64,000 bases of DNA from Thermoanaerobaculales bacterium. Lineage in GTDB: Bacteria > Acidobacteriota > Thermoanaerobaculia > Thermoanaerobaculales > Sulfomarinibacteraceae. The stretch covers positions 5,602 through 69,601 of the forward strand of contig JARFRM010000058.1 of the NCBI GenBank assembly GCA_029287235.1, written 5' to 3'. Position 1 is the first letter of the stretch, and each line of letters begins with the position of its first letter. Positions 27,096 through 35,130 of this stretch are shown here, piece by piece. The translations under genes were made by a program, and so were the position numbers. The notes beneath the pieces are model-generated. The model was not told where the DNA came from and did not search any database. It worked only from the letters and a program-made list of their open reading frames with translations.

Positions 27096-27463
27096 CGGGC
27101 ACTTCGATCAGCTTCGGCGTTCGGTAGAGGACCACTGAATACGAAAAAGGTGCCTGGCACGTATTTCCGTATTTATACGATTCTGTCGGCTCTCGGCGCG
27201 GTTCTTCCGGTCCGAGAGTCGTGGCACAAATCTTGTTCTGTTTGGCGGTGTCCGCCGGTCTCGTAGAGGACTCGCTCGACGTCTACCGCGACTTCTTCCC
27301 CGGTCACAACGCCATCCCCATGGACAAGGTGGTCAATGCCTATGTCAGGAGGATCGAAGGGCGGACCTCCGGGCAGGTGATCACGGTGTACGACAACTCG
27401 TAGGGGGCGCGGCCACTTCCTCGCGGAGCCGGAGATACCAATCCTGACGCGAGCGGCCCCAAC

Positions 27464-27605
27464 ATGTCATCCTGAGCGAGGGAGGCCGCCGACCGAGTCG
27501 AATGGATCCCCACACGTTCAGAATCGCGCCCCTCGCTCAGGATGGCCTCGTTCTTTCGGGGGATCCTTCGACTCCCTCGCGGACTCGCTCGCTCAGGATG
27601 ACATG
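27464..27605. repeat. 142-bp nested imperfect palindrome (MITE/REP-like)
   Basis: Outer 18-bp perfect inverted repeat CATGTCATCCTGAGCGAG / CTCGCTCAGGATGACATG. Inner inverted repeat GAGTCGAATGGATCCCC / GGGGATCCTTCGACTC. An internal partial copy is CCTCGCTCAGGATGG. Confidence 0.75.
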
Positions 27606-27702
27606 AATTCTGGTGCCCCTGTCATTCTATTGGTAGGCGTCGCCAGGCGGCGCGGCTGAGGAGGGAAGGGAGCGAGGTACAGATAACTGCCACTGCCACG
27701 TT

Positions 27703-27754
27703 GGGAGAGGGAGAGGGATCATCGTGGGAGCGGGAAAGGGAGCGGGAGCGGAAC
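27703..27754. repeat. Polypurine tract-GATCATCG-hexamer array composite (copy without pyrimidine arm)
   Basis: GGGAGAGGGAGAGG-GATCATCG-TGGGAG CGGGAA AGGGAG CGGGAG CGGAAC. It ends at the stop codon of the MFS gene at 27754. Confidence 0.7.
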
Positions 27755-29016
27755 TACGTCGCGATCTCCTCCACCTCGACACCTGAGGGCCTGGACTCGA
27801 GAGTGAGAAAGACGAGGCCGGAGAGAAAGAGCGGGATCGCGACGAAGAACGAAAACGCCGCGTCCCAACCCAACCAACCGATGGCGTAGGAGGCCCCGAG
27901 CGGCCCGATGGCGAGCCCGAGGTTGATGGCGAACGCCCCGGAAAATCCGACCCCGGTGGCGCGCACCCGGGTCGGGAAGTGTTCGGCGAGGAAGGTGAAC
28001 TTCACCGCGGTGGTGCCATAGAAGAACATGGTCACGAGACCATAGACCACAACGATGGAGGCGATGGAGCTGGTCGCCCAAATGAGGCACAGAAAGAGCG
28101 CTGCGCCGAGCCAGCTCCAGATGACGATGACATTGCGGCGCCTCATCCAGAACTCGCCGACAAAGGAGGAGAGGATGTAGCCGATGGCGCCGATGCCGTA
28201 GGCCGCGCCTACCAACAGGGTCGACTGCTCGATGGAAAAGCCACGGGACTCGACGAAGTAGGTGGGGAGGTAGAAGGCGGAGCCGCCATAGGCCGCCACG
28301 TGAAGGAACTCGCCGAGGAAGAGAACGATGGTGACCCGCCGCAGATCGGGAGCGAAAATGTGGCGAAGCTTCGCCGGTTCGCGGCTCGCGATCTCGGCAT
28401 CCTCCAGTGCCGAACGGTGGGTCTTGAACCGTTGGGTCTCACGAAGGTACTTCCAGATCACGATCGTGAACGGGATGCTGATGAGGCCGATGAGGAACAT
28501 GGGTCGCCAGCCCCATCGGCCGAGGACCGGGGCCGCGAGCAGAGAGGCGAGGAACCAACCCAGGGGATAGCCGGTTTGGAGGATCCCGGTGAGCACGCCG
28601 CGGAATCGCGCCGGCGACTCTTCGACCACGATGGTGCCGGCGACCGGGACCTGGAGTCCTCCGGCCGCATAGCCGAGGGTGCGAAACACGCCGAGCACGA
28701 GTGCAGTAGGCGCCACCGCGTGCAGGGTGACGAAAATCGACGACGCCACGGTGGAGGCCATGAGGACGATCTTGCGGCCGATTCGGTCGGTGACCACTCC
28801 GATCCCGGCGATGGTGGCGCCGGCGATGGCGAAGGACACGGCGAAGATCCAGCCGATGGTCTCGAGCGGGACCCCGAACTCCTCCCGGATGGCCGGGACG
28901 GCATAGCCGAAGAGTGCCTGATCCATGCTGGCGAAGGTCAGGCTGGCGAAGCAGATGACGAACGCGCGAAGCGGGTAGCCGGTGAGGCTTCCGGAAGGCT
29001 CTGGCTGCTCAGACAA
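27754..29016 (-). CDS. MFS transporter
   Basis: 420 aa with a TTG start at 29016. MDQALFGYAVPAIREEFG...VTDRIGRKIVLM is typical of MFS loop 2-3. Confidence 0.85.
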   Translation of the reverse strand: MSEQPEPSGSLTGYPLRAFVICFASLTFASMDQALFGYAVPAIREEFGVPLETIGWIFAVSFAIAGATIAGIGVVTDRIGRKIVLMASTVASSIFVTLHAVAPTALVLGVFRTLGYAAGGLQVPVAGTIVVEESPARFRGVLTGILQTGYPLGWFLASLLAAPVLGRWGWRPMFLIGLISIPFTIVIWKYLRETQRFKTHRSALEDAEIASREPAKLRHIFAPDLRRVTIVLFLGEFLHVAAYGGSAFYLPTYFVESRGFSIEQSTLLVGAAYGIGAIGYILSSFVGEFWMRRRNVIVIWSWLGAALFLCLIWATSSIASIVVVYGLVTMFFYGTTAVKFTFLAEHFPTRVRATGVGFSGAFAINLGLAIGPLGASYAIGWLGWDAAFSFFVAIPLFLSGLVFLTLESRPSGVEVEEIAT

Positions 29017-29117
29017 TGGTCGGAGCCCTCATTGGGGTGCGCTCATCGCCGGCGAGGGCGCCAGCGGTGCGATGTGCCACCGCTGCGAAAAAGCGCGCGA
29101 TAGCCGCTGCCGCGGAC

Positions 29118-29255
29118 CTCTCCCTTTCCTTCTCCCTTTCCTTCTGCCTTGCGATGGAACGGTCCGTCGCCGCAAGGGAGAAGGAAAGGGAGAAGGAAAG
29201 GGAGAGGATCATCGGGCACGGGCACGGGCACGGGCACGGATACGGATACGGAGAC
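29118..29255. repeat. 36-bp-arm polypyrimidine/polypurine hairpin + GATCATCG + seven hexamers
   Basis: Arms at 29118-29153 and 29171-29206 have 1 mismatch (CTCTCCCTTTCCTTCTCCCTTTCCTTCTGCCTTGCG / CGCAAGGGAGAAGGAAAGGGAGAAGGAAAGGGAGAG). Then (GGGCAC)x4 (GGATAC)x2 GGAGAC at 29214-29255, ending 3 nt before the stop of the gene at 29259. Confidence 0.9.
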
Positions 29256-29258
29256 TAA

Positions 29259-30086
29259 TTAGCTGCCGTCACCTTCTCCGGGCGGCGGTCCGACGAGCCC
29301 GAAGTACTCACGATAGCCGCAGATCTTCTCGCCGCAGACATCGAGAGAAATCGCCACCACGTTCGCGTAGGGCTTGCCGAACATGAGACCGTGGTCTTTG
29401 AACTCGAAGACGACCCGGGTCCCGTCGGCGGTCACCCCGAGCACCTCGTCGATGAAAAGCCCGTCGGCATAGACCTCGGAGACAAACGCGAAGAACTCGG
29501 CGGCCTTGTCCTTGCCCTCGTTGAGCCCCTGGTACTGACCGAGGGGGAAGTGGAAGGTGAAATCCTCCGACAGACGGGCGAGGAACGGTCCCCACTCACC
29601 GGTGGCGAGCCCCGCCTTGAAGTCAACGAATGCCTCCTCGGCCACCACCTTTGGAGTCCGTACCTTCGGCGTTCGGGTCTGGACAAAGCTCAGGTGGAGC
29701 TCCTCGTAGGCTTCGTCGCGGTACTTCTCCTTGATCTCCAAATACCTGGGATCGGCGAGAAAAGCCTCGGCGGTGGCCAGGTCACGGAAACGGAGAATGG
29801 CGTTGACCGGCCAGGCATCGGTGGTGTGATCGCCGGCGACACCCGCGCCCACGGCATCGACGGTGACCCCGTACTCGGCCATCAACGGGCCCGTTCCCTT
29901 GATGTACTTCCCGTAGGTGGCCTCGCCGCCGGTCTTGAGTTTGCCCTGGATGAAGAGCAGGACGGGCTCAGATGGGGTGTCGGTCGTCACGGCGTCCTCC
30001 GATGCTGCGGTCGTCTCTCCGGCAATCGCCGGTGCTGCGAGCACGATGATCAATGCTGCCATGGTCAGTGCGCTGAGCACTCGCAT
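29259..30086 (-). CDS. Secreted DUF1330-like + SnoaL/NTF2-like fusion protein
   Basis: ATG 30086 overlaps the upstream stop (TGATG) and GGAGGAG lies upstream. Signal peptide MRVLSALTMAALIIVLAAPAIAG. DUF1330-like YGKYIKGTGPLMAEYG...AILRFRDLATAEAFLADPRY. The C-terminal NTF2-like part ends ...GEKICGYREYF. Confidence 0.7.
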   Translation of the reverse strand: MRVLSALTMAALIIVLAAPAIAGETTAASEDAVTTDTPSEPVLLFIQGKLKTGGEATYGKYIKGTGPLMAEYGVTVDAVGAGVAGDHTTDAWPVNAILRFRDLATAEAFLADPRYLEIKEKYRDEAYEELHLSFVQTRTPKVRTPKVVAEEAFVDFKAGLATGEWGPFLARLSEDFTFHFPLGQYQGLNEGKDKAAEFFAFVSEVYADGLFIDEVLGVTADGTRVVFEFKDHGLMFGKPYANVVAISLDVCGEKICGYREYFGLVGPPPGEGDGS

Positions 30087-31135
30087 CACTCCTCCTTGGC
30101 CGGAGCGTCGCCGGTCTCTGACGGCTGGTAGAAATCGAGCAGGGCGCCCTCCGGCGCGCGAACGGTCATGATTTCGACCTCGCCATAGGGTTCGATGGTG
30201 GCGGTCGACGGGCCCTGAATGGGTGTCACCCCGTGCTTGGCGAGCCGCTGTCGGTAGGCTTCGAGGTTGGCGACGGGGAACCGCAGGGCGAGGATCCCGA
30301 GGTTGGGTGGGGACGCGAGTTCGGAGAAATCAGCCCCCGTAAGACCGTCAAAGGCGATGAGTTCCACCGAGCCCGAGTTCGTGCCGTCCGGGCTCAGGAT
30401 CACCACCTTGCGGGTGATCTCGGTGGCCAGATTGTGCGGCAGTCCGAGGACATTGGGCCCGGCTTCCTTGCTCGGACCCTCGTGTTCCAGATAGATCTTG
30501 AACCCCAGCTTGTCACGAAAGAACTCGAGGCTGGTGTCGAAGTCGGCGACGATCTGGGTCGAGTTGAAGATGTGGCTCAGCTCGCGGAGGTGGGGCCATC
30601 CCTCGAGGGGCGGTTGGACCCGCTCGACCATGGCGAAGACGATGCCGTCGGGGCCCTTGGCCAGGACCTCCCAGACCACGAAAGGCCCGAACGTGAATTG
30701 GATCGGGTCGGAGTAGAACTGCCACCCGCGGTCGCGGAGCTGCTGGAACTTGGCGTGGATATCGAGCACCCGGACGTTGACATCGAAGATGCCGCCCGTG
30801 TCCCAGGTCTGGGCGTTGGATCGCATCTGCCGCTGCTCGGCCCCTGGAAATGCCACAAGCCGGAGATAGCCGCGGTCGGTCCCGGGGTTCTTGAGCAGGA
30901 TCTCTCGAACGATCTGGTCCTCGGCGAATCCTCCGAAGCCGGCCGGTTCGGCGCTGCCGCTTCCGAGATACACAACGTTCCAACCGGCAACCTCCTGGTA
31001 GAAGCGAGCCGATGCCTCGAGATCGCTCACCGAGAAGACGACCTCGTGGAAGCCGGAAGGCATGATGGAATCAGAGGCGAGACCGGGGAAGGCGATGGTC
31101 GACAGAATAACCGTCAGGATCACCGCCGTTGTCAT
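30086..31135 (-). CDS. Secreted multi-domain VOC-family protein
   Basis: Start refined to ATG 31135 (signal peptide MTTAVILTVILSTIAFPGLA). VOC modules HEVVFSVSDLEASARFYQEVAGW and IVADFDTSLEFFRDKLGF. Confidence 0.8.
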   Translation of the reverse strand: MTTAVILTVILSTIAFPGLASDSIMPSGFHEVVFSVSDLEASARFYQEVAGWNVVYLGSGSAEPAGFGGFAEDQIVREILLKNPGTDRGYLRLVAFPGAEQRQMRSNAQTWDTGGIFDVNVRVLDIHAKFQQLRDRGWQFYSDPIQFTFGPFVVWEVLAKGPDGIVFAMVERVQPPLEGWPHLRELSHIFNSTQIVADFDTSLEFFRDKLGFKIYLEHEGPSKEAGPNVLGLPHNLATEITRKVVILSPDGTNSGSVELIAFDGLTGADFSELASPPNLGILALRFPVANLEAYRQRLAKHGVTPIQGPSTATIEPYGEVEIMTVRAPEGALLDFYQPSETGDAPAKEE

Positions 31136-31142
31136 CCCGGCC

Positions 31143-31178
31143 AAGGGAGAGGGAGTGGGAGAAGGAGAGGGAGAGGGG
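31143..31178. repeat. Polypurine tract of the same repeat family
   Basis: AAGGGAGAGGGAGTGGGAGAAGGAGAGGGAGAGGGG, located between the stop at 31196 and the start at 31135. Confidence 0.6.
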
Positions 31179-31195
31179 CGGAGCATCTGCCGTCT

Positions 31196-32170
31196 CTACT
31201 TTTTGGTGCACCCGCCCTGGAACCAGCGCAGGTTCATGCCGATGTTCTTCGAGTCCGGCTCGGCCCAGCTGTATGCGAGGCTCTCATCGTTGCCTTTCTC
31301 ATAGATGCCGATCTTGAGCACCTCGACGCGGTGCTCGCCGGCGTAGACCCGCTGCTCGAGCTCGAGCCGATAGTGCCGCGGTTCGGGGTCGTTGGTGACG
31401 ATGTCGGCCCAGCCACCCTGGTCGTGCAGGGTGAGGCCACGAACCACGGTGCCGCCTTCCCACTCTTTCGAACCCTCGGGGGTGAAGACACCCCAGCAGG
31501 CGAAATCGTGACTGCGTCGGAGCTTGTGCGGGATACCGAGCTTGTTGCCGAAGACGTAGTTTCCGTCCTCGTCCTCGGCCCGGTCGCCGATCCAGATCTC
31601 GTTCTTGGTGAGGACCAGATCGTCATCGATGATGATGACCTTCCCGCTGCGGCGCGAGGTCACCCGGCAGGCGCCGTCGGGCATCCAGCCGATGAAGTTG
31701 TCGGCCTGTCTCTTCCAGAAGACCTCGCAGCCCGGCAGCGACCGGACATCGTCCATGGTGAGTCCCTCGAGCTTGGTCTCGTCGAGGTGAGCGCCGATGA
31801 CCGCCTCGTGGTCCTTGAACGAAAAGATGGTGAGCTGGATCGCCTCGACCTCTTCGTTGATGGAGAACGAGTAGATCCGATTGCGGTAGATGTTCGTCGG
31901 GTCGCCCTCGATGTACTGTTCGACGTAGAAAACGTGGTCGCCGAAAACAGGGAGCTCCACCGGGTGGAAGATCGAGTGGATCCACTCGTGGGGCTGCTCG
32001 GGCGGGATTTCGGCCTCGATCTGGTCGACGTACTGCTGGTGGTTGTCGAACTCACCGGTGAACCACTCCATCATGGTTTTCAGATCGTAGTTGAGGTCGC
32101 CGGACGCAACGGGCGCTGCGAGGAAGACGGCGACGCTGAGCAGGGCTGCGAGCGAGATGAGTTTCGGCAT
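31196..32170 (-). CDS. Secreted CpcT/CpeT-like (lipocalin-fold) domain protein with extra C-terminal domain
   Basis: Start at ATG 32170 (or 32179). Signal peptide MPKLISLAALLSVAVFLAAPVASG. WFTGEFDNHQQ...HVFYVEQY...IYRNRIYSF...LPGCEVFW...PDGACRV matches the CpcT/CpeT pattern. Confidence 0.65.
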   Translation of the reverse strand: MPKLISLAALLSVAVFLAAPVASGDLNYDLKTMMEWFTGEFDNHQQYVDQIEAEIPPEQPHEWIHSIFHPVELPVFGDHVFYVEQYIEGDPTNIYRNRIYSFSINEEVEAIQLTIFSFKDHEAVIGAHLDETKLEGLTMDDVRSLPGCEVFWKRQADNFIGWMPDGACRVTSRRSGKVIIIDDDLVLTKNEIWIGDRAEDEDGNYVFGNKLGIPHKLRRSHDFACWGVFTPEGSKEWEGGTVVRGLTLHDQGGWADIVTNDPEPRHYRLELEQRVYAGEHRVEVLKIGIYEKGNDESLAYSWAEPDSKNIGMNLRWFQGGCTKK

Positions 32171-32280
32171 GGTGATCATCCTTTGTTCGGTGGCGACGGC
32201 AGAGCGACATCGCTGCCGCGATGGTTCGATTTCCCGCGTGGCGCTCGACCGCGTGTGCAGGGTGAACTTGACGATGATGC

Positions 32281-32315
32281 ATGACATTGTAAGATTGTCA
32301 TATCATTAGGATGAC
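32281..32315. promoter_or_regulatory. AT-rich dyad array in divergent promoter region (ATGAC-N11-GTCAT-N9-ATGAC)
   Basis: ATGAC at 32281-85, GTCAT at 32297-301 and ATGAC at 32311-15. The first pair fits a T-N11-A type dyad. It lies between the divergent starts at 32170 (-) and 32435 (+). Confidence 0.35.
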
Positions 32316-32434
32316 TCTAGTCGCGCCCCTCTGGACTGTCAAGGGTTTCGAGGGCCGAGCGGGTTTCCTGATGCGTCCGTTACAATCCCCATTCTCGGTT
32401 CGACAGCGACTGCTTGGCGGGAGACTCAGCACAG

Positions 32435-33358
32435 ATGAGAAACGACCAGTCACAACACATCGTCATTGAAGAGCAGGGGCTGCGCGACGGGTTCCAGAGC
32501 GAGAAGATCGTCGTCCCGACCGAGCGCAAGCTCGAGATCATCGACGCCCTCGCCGACGCCGGAGTGCCGCGAATCCAGGTCTGCTCTTTTGTTCACCCCA
32601 AACGGGTCCCTCAGATGGCCGACGCCGAGGCGATCTGCCGCGGGCTCCGGCGCCGACCCGGAGTGATCTACAGCGGGTTGGTCCTCAACCTCAAGGGGGT
32701 CGAGCGAGCGGTCGATGCCGGTCTCGATCATGTGGCGGCATCGATCTCGGCCAGCGACACCCACAGCCGCAAGAACACCGGCAAGGGTCTCGAGGAGGTC
32801 CAGGCCGGTTATGCCGAGATGGTCCGCACCGCCAAGGATGCGGGACTCACGGTGCGCGGCGGATTACAGTGCGTTTTCGGCTGCCGTTTCGAGGGCGCCA
32901 TCGACCCCGACGCGGTGCTCGACCTGGTCAAGCGGCATCTCGATCTCGAGATCGACGAGCTGGCCCTGGCCGACTCCACGGGGATGGCCGATCCTCGATC
33001 CATGACCGATCTCATGGGAAAGATTCTGGAACTTGCCGGAGACAAGCCCGTGATCCTCCACCTTCACGACACCGAGGGCCGAGGTCTTGCCAATGCGTTG
33101 GCCGCCATCCAAGCAGGGGTCCGTTATTTCGACACCGCATTCGGCGGGATGGGCGGGTGCCCCTTCATCAAGGGTGCGACGGGCAATATCGCCACCGAGG
33201 ATCTGGTTGCCATGGTCGAGCGGATGGGAATGACCACCGGGATCGACATTCGCGCAGTGGCCGAGATCAGCCGGTCCCTCGAGGGCTTTTTCGATACACA
33301 ATTCCCGGGGAGCATGCATCGCGTCCTCGGAAACGACGCCATCAAGGTGGTGCTGTGA
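32435..33358 (+). CDS. HMG-CoA-lyase-like (HMGL family, pyruvate carboxyltransferase fold) acyl-CoA lyase
   Basis: IVIEEQGLRDGFQSE...HLHDTEGRGLANALAAIQAGV...GGCPF. ATG 32435 (the listed ORF starts at the alternative TTG 32414). Confidence 0.9.
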   Translation: MRNDQSQHIVIEEQGLRDGFQSEKIVVPTERKLEIIDALADAGVPRIQVCSFVHPKRVPQMADAEAICRGLRRRPGVIYSGLVLNLKGVERAVDAGLDHVAASISASDTHSRKNTGKGLEEVQAGYAEMVRTAKDAGLTVRGGLQCVFGCRFEGAIDPDAVLDLVKRHLDLEIDELALADSTGMADPRSMTDLMGKILELAGDKPVILHLHDTEGRGLANALAAIQAGVRYFDTAFGGMGGCPFIKGATGNIATEDLVAMVERMGMTTGIDIRAVAEISRSLEGFFDTQFPGSMHRVLGNDAIKVVL

Positions 33359-34602
33359 TGTCAGGACAAACCGTAGCCGAGAAGATCCTCTCCCGCCACG
33401 CGGGAAAACCAGTGGCCGCCGATGACCTCACCGTCATCGATGTCGATGCCGCTCTCATGAGCGACACTACCGCGCCGTTGGCCATCAAGGCCTTCCGCGA
33501 GATGGGCGGCAAGGCGCCTTGGAACCCCGAGCGTACGTTTCTGGTCATCGACCACGCTTCGCCCGCGCCCAACGAGCGGATCGCCCGGTTGCACGACATC
33601 ATGCGCGAGTTTGCAGCCGACACCGGTGCCGTGCTCTACGATGTCGGTGAGGGCATCTGCCACCAGCTGATGATCGAGGACGACCGCGTCCGTCCCGGCG
33701 AGGCCTTCTTCGGGGCCGACTCGCACACCTGCACCTACGGCGCTCTCGGCGCCTTCGCCACGGGAGTCGGTTCCACCGATCTCGCAGCCGTGATGCTCAC
33801 CGGCAAGACCTGGCTCAAGGTGCCCAGGACGATCCGGCTCGAGATCACCGGTCGCATCAACCCCGGGGTCGAGGCCAAGGACCTCGCGCTGGCCATGGTC
33901 GGCAAGCTCGGCTTTGCCGGTGCCACCTATCAGGCGGTGGAGATCTGCGGCGAGGCCCTCGTTCCCATGAGCCTCGACGAGCGCATGACCATCGCCAATC
34001 TGGGCATCGAGATGGGAGCCAAGGCGGCTCTGATCCACCCGGATGGTCTCGAGCTTCCGTACGACTTCGATGCGGAGGCCATCTCACCGGACCCCGATGC
34101 AAGCTATGTCCGAGAGATCACCATCGACGGCTCTGCGCTGCGTCCGCAGATCTCGAAACCGCCGCGGCCCGACGCGACGGTGGATATCGACGAGCTCATC
34201 GGTACCAAGATCGATGTCGCGTTCATCGGCACCTGCGTCAACGGCCGGCTCCGCGATCTTCACGCGGCGGCGCGGATCCTCGAGGGCAGGCGGGTGGCGT
34301 CGGGAGTCCGACTCATGGTCTCCGCAGCATCGCAGAAGGTCTTTCTGGCCGCCGCCAAAGACGGCACCCTCGCAACTTTGACCGCCGCCGGAGCCACCTT
34401 CCTGCCGAGCGGTTGTGGCCCCTGCGTCGGGACACACCTCGGCGTCCCGGGAGACGGTGAGGTGGTGGTCTCCACCGCCAACCGGAACTTTCGGGGACGC
34501 ATGGGCAACCCCGAGGCCAGCGTCTACCTCGCTTCGCCGACGGTGGTCGCGGCGGCCGCGGTCGAGGGCAAGATCGTCGACCCGACGGAACTGGAGGGCT
34601 GA
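33358..34602 (+). CDS. Aconitase-superfamily hydratase large subunit (LeuC/HacA-like)
   Basis: ATG 33358 overlaps the upstream stop (TGATG). Fe-S ligand contexts are GADSHTC, GTCVNGR and SGCGPCVG. 414 aa, the archaeal-type LeuC size. Confidence 0.9.
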   Translation: MSGQTVAEKILSRHAGKPVAADDLTVIDVDAALMSDTTAPLAIKAFREMGGKAPWNPERTFLVIDHASPAPNERIARLHDIMREFAADTGAVLYDVGEGICHQLMIEDDRVRPGEAFFGADSHTCTYGALGAFATGVGSTDLAAVMLTGKTWLKVPRTIRLEITGRINPGVEAKDLALAMVGKLGFAGATYQAVEICGEALVPMSLDERMTIANLGIEMGAKAALIHPDGLELPYDFDAEAISPDPDASYVREITIDGSALRPQISKPPRPDATVDIDELIGTKIDVAFIGTCVNGRLRDLHAAARILEGRRVASGVRLMVSAASQKVFLAAAKDGTLATLTAAGATFLPSGCGPCVGTHLGVPGDGEVVVSTANRNFRGRMGNPEASVYLASPTVVAAAAVEGKIVDPTELEG

Positions 34603-34605
34603 GCC

Positions 34606-35115
34606 ATGGAAAGCAAGTTCACGGGCCGTGCCCACGTCTACGGCGACGACATCGACACCGACCGCATCATCGCCGGCAAGTACACCAAGACCCTCAACCT
34701 TCAGGACCTGGCCGACCACGTGCTCGAGGATCTCGACATCGACTTCCGATCCAAGCTCGTCAAGGGCGATGTTCTGGTGGCGGGTACAAACTTCGGCTGC
34801 GGCTCATCGCGCGAGCAGGCGCCGCTCGCCCTCAAGGTGGCCGGCGTCTCGGCGGTGGTGGCCAAGTACTTCGCGCGAATCTTCTTCAGAAACGCCATCA
34901 ACATCGGGCTGCCGGTGCTCGAGGTTCCCGACCTCGAAGCGGATTCAGGTGACGAACTCGAAATCGACCTCAAGGCGGGCGTGGTCAAGAACCTTACGAA
35001 GAACGCCGATTACAAGGCCTCGGCCATGCCCCAGGTGATGATCGACATCCTCGACCAGGGCGGACTGGTCGCCTATCTCAAGAAGAACGGAACCTACGAC
35101 GCATCGGCGCTGTGA
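34606..35115 (+). CDS. Aconitase-superfamily hydratase small subunit (LeuD/HacB-like)
   Basis: 169 aa. Contains GTNFGCGSSREQAPLALK. Confidence 0.9.
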   Translation: MESKFTGRAHVYGDDIDTDRIIAGKYTKTLNLQDLADHVLEDLDIDFRSKLVKGDVLVAGTNFGCGSSREQAPLALKVAGVSAVVAKYFARIFFRNAINIGLPVLEVPDLEADSGDELEIDLKAGVVKNLTKNADYKASAMPQVMIDILDQGGLVAYLKKNGTYDASAL

Positions 35116-35130
35116 CCAACGGAGAGTAAG

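Noticed and set aside
27221-27403. 60-aa ORF ending ...VRRIEGRTSGQVITVYDNS
   Set aside because: It may be the C-terminal remnant of an oxidoreductase, but I cannot assign a family. There is no RBS, and it sits in a repeat-rich, gene-poor stretch. Evidence is insufficient to call a CDS.
29016-29258. ORFs encoding GEGKGEGKGE / GHGHGHGHGYGYGD (also 25212..25466, 27701..27889, 24427..24612)
   Set aside because: These are translations of the polypurine hairpins and hexamer arrays in intergenic DNA. They appear in several frames and on both strands simultaneously.
30233-32284. 683-aa plus-strand ORF
   Set aside because: It is antisense to the secreted VOC gene and the CpcT-like gene, both of which have recognisable motifs and signal peptides. 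No motifs are visible in this frame.
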